Below the pieces are notes generated by a model. The model ran no database searches. It saw only the letters and a program-made list of their open reading frames with translations, and was not told where the DNA came from. 13,149 nucleotides of DNA from Candidatus Iainarchaeum sp. (GTDB lineage: Archaea; Iainarchaeota; Iainarchaeia; Iainarchaeales; GCA-2688035). Shown here piece by piece: positions 11,595 to 13,149 of the stretch. The stretch is from contig JAQTNI010000026.1 of the NCBI GenBank assembly GCA_028713935.1, positions 5,626-18,774 of the forward strand, read 5' to 3'. Positions within the stretch are counted from its first letter, which is position 1. Each line of letters starts with the position of its first letter. A program made the translations under genes and the position numbers.

Positions 11595-12458
11595 TTGCGA
11601 AAATTTTTAAGAAGAGTAATTAACCCATTAGGGCAAAAAAAGCCGCAACCGCAACTGCAAGCCCCGGCGTCAACCAATATGGCCAGGTCCATTCCTGACC
11701 TTGATGTTGGCCAGCTTTACTCTGACCTACTCCAAGCCTATCAAAATCCAAAAGCCGGCAGTGAGCTTCGGAAAAAATGGGCTAATCAATTCCCAATGCA
11801 CCTTGGCATTCAAACAGCTTTTCGTGATATTGGCGATTATGCCATGGATCCGCGCAAGCATGCAAATGTAGTGCAGTCAGATAACCCCAATTATATGCAC
11901 GAAGTTGTCGCATCACGGGTTAGAATGGTTCAAGAACAGGATGCTAAAATCAGGCAAGGCTTATTGATTGGCGCCAGGAATAAAAGAATGCGCAAGACGG
12001 GTTTTTGGCAGTTGAAAAAAGAAGGTCAGGCGCGAGCACGGAACGAAAGGACAGTTAAAATTGAATTGGGCAGATTCCTTAAAACAGTGGGCCCTGAGTT
12101 AAAACCCCGAGTTCAGCATATTCAAAAACTGTTGTTTTCAAATTTTCAATCAGCATGGATTCGAAGAGCCTTGGTCAGCATGGCTCTTGAAGGGCCAAGC
12201 CCCCAAAACATTTCTGAGGCAGCTAAAGCATCGACACACACCCTTGGCAAAGACGAACTTTCAGATACTGCCTGGTTAATTAATTCAATGGCAGTCGAAA
12301 TTGCGGCAAGAGAAAAAAAAGCGATTCCAGACAAAGAAATATCACTGGCATTCAATGCACAATATCAAAGATTCCTCATTCTAAGGCAAAAAATGACACG
12401 CGAAGAATACTTGCGACAACAAGGCGGCCAGGTTATTAGCCAAAAACTTCTTGAGTAA
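11595..12458 (+). CDS. Hypothetical protein (287 aa), compositionally atypical ORFan
   Basis: A long ORF starting at TTG 11595, 5 nt after ggtg (11586-11589). The first in-frame ATG gives MARSIPDLDV... The protein is Q/R/A/M/W/H-rich and the DNA is visibly GC-richer than the neighbouring housekeeping genes. No motif recognised. Confidence 0.6.
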   Translation: MRKFLRRVINPLGQKKPQPQLQAPASTNMARSIPDLDVGQLYSDLLQAYQNPKAGSELRKKWANQFPMHLGIQTAFRDIGDYAMDPRKHANVVQSDNPNYMHEVVASRVRMVQEQDAKIRQGLLIGARNKRMRKTGFWQLKKEGQARARNERTVKIELGRFLKTVGPELKPRVQHIQKLLFSNFQSAWIRRALVSMALEGPSPQNISEAAKASTHTLGKDELSDTAWLINSMAVEIAAREKKAIPDKEISLAFNAQYQRFLILRQKMTREEYLRQQGGQVISQKLLE

Positions 12459-12522
12459 AAATCGCTTCAATAAAATTCACTGTGCTTTGATTATTTGTTC
12501 AGCCTAAAAAAACACCTTTTGA

Positions 12523-12545
12523 CTGCTGCTTGCAGGTTTTTTTTT
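12523..12545 (+). terminator. Short hairpin plus T9 tract downstream of the 287-aa ORF
   Basis: ctgc-tgctt-gcag (12523-12535) is followed by g and nine T (12537-12545). The oligo-T run fits an archaeal termination signal. Confidence 0.4.
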
Positions 12546-12584
12546 GCAAAAACCCTTTTAATTTGTTTCAAAAAACAAATTGTT

Positions 12585-13149
12585 ATGTTCCGCGAAATTC
12601 TTCCGAATCTTTTCTTTTTTGACGGGCAAGGGGCAGGAAGCAATGTTTTCCTGCTTGCAGGGAAGAAAACCGCCCTGGTTGATTCTTCTTCAGAATCAAA
12701 TTCTGCTCAATTGATTTCTTCGCTGGAAAAAACCGGGTTTTCCCGCAATGAAATTGATTTTGTTTTTCACACTCACGGCCATGCGGATCATTTTGGCTGC
12801 GATTTTTTGTTTCCAAATGCAAGAATCAGAATGCACAAATTTGACGCAAATTTTGTCAATTCCCCGAATTTGAAATTCACTGCCGCAAATCTTATTCCAA
12901 CAAGCCATTTTCCAAGAATCACTTCTTTTTTCAGGCAGGATGAAGTTATTGATTTGGGCTGCTTTAAATTGCAGGTGCTTTTTACTCCCGGCCATACAAA
13001 AGGAAGCGTGTGCTTTTTTGGCAAAAAACAGGGCCTGTTGTTTTCTGGTGACACTTTGTTTAATGGCAGTTTTGGCAGGTTTGACCTTCAATCCGGAAAC
13101 CCATCCAACTTGTGTTTTTCCCTGAAAAAAATTTTAAATCTTGAATTCA
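12585..13149 (+). CDS. Metallo-beta-lactamase-fold hydrolase (glyoxalase II-like), N-terminal ~188 aa; continues past the window end
   Basis: Not in the ORF track because there is no stop in the window. From ATG 12585: MFREILPNLFFFDGQGAGSNVFLLAGKKTALVDSSSE...IDFVFHTHGHADHFGCDFLF...LFTPGHTKGSVCFF...LLFSGDTLFNGSFGRFDL. It carries the HxHxDH motif, a downstream GH and an SGD motif characteristic of the MBL fold. Confidence 0.85.
   Translation, partial: MFREILPNLFFFDGQGAGSNVFLLAGKKTALVDSSSESNSAQLISSLEKTGFSRNEIDFVFHTHGHADHFGCDFLFPNARIRMHKFDANFVNSPNLKFTAANLIPTSHFPRITSFFRQDEVIDLGCFKLQVLFTPGHTKGSVCFFGKKQGLLFSGDTLFNGSFGRFDLQSGNPSNLCFSLKKILNLEF

Noticed and set aside
12583-13125. Minus-strand ORFs 12583..12822, 12696..13091 and 12788..13054, and plus-strand ORF 12940..13125.
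   Set aside because: They overlap the open plus-strand frame carrying the unmistakable HTHGHADH metallo-beta-lactamase motif, and the alternatives have no motifs.
1-13149. Looked for CRISPR arrays, tandem or long direct repeats, IS terminal inverted repeats, transposase, integrase or recombinase genes, rRNA and tRNA.
   Set aside because: By eye I found no repeat-spacer periodicity, no recombinase-like ORF and no tRNA or rRNA signatures. The only structured RNA I can support is the SRP RNA. A computational repeat search could still find short att-like repeats that I missed.

Overview
The window looks like a chromosomal segment of an AT-rich, small-genome archaeon. A DPANN-like lineage is only a guess. 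The archaeal call rests on RadA with an N-terminal HhH domain, a multi-OB RPA with a zinc ribbon, an archaeal-type triosephosphate isomerase, a ~300-nt SRP (7S) RNA, and TATA-like boxes about 25 nt upstream of several start codons.

Gene order: KaiC-like ATPase (partial, -), long RelA/SpoT homologue (-), tpiA (+), 4xCBS protein with an HPF/RaiA-like C-terminus (+), small Lys-tailed protein (-), glycine-zipper protein (-), stand-alone RelA/SpoT-domain protein of toxSAS/CapRel-like size (-), SRP RNA (-, hidden under spurious ORFs), EF-Tu-domain-II-like small protein (+), radA (-), fused RHH-Doc/Fic protein (+), 133-aa unknown (-), 131-aa unknown (+), RPA (-), 287-aa GC-richer ORFan (+), metallo-beta-lactamase-fold hydrolase (partial, +). 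The two partial genes at the window edges and the SRP RNA are absent from the supplied ORF track.

The main hunt result is a set of bacterial-style translation-arrest and alarmone modules embedded among archaeal housekeeping genes:
- A complete long RSH whose hydrolase motifs look degenerate.
- A possible energy-sensing ribosome-hibernation fusion (CBS4-HPF).
- A candidate fused toxSAS in a more AT-rich islet next to the SRP RNA, with a glycine-zipper neighbour.
- A single-chain RHH-Doc.

radA also carries a non-canonical P-loop. No CRISPR array, transposase, integrase, tRNA or rRNA was found. All functional calls come from motif recognition by eye and need profile or structure searches.
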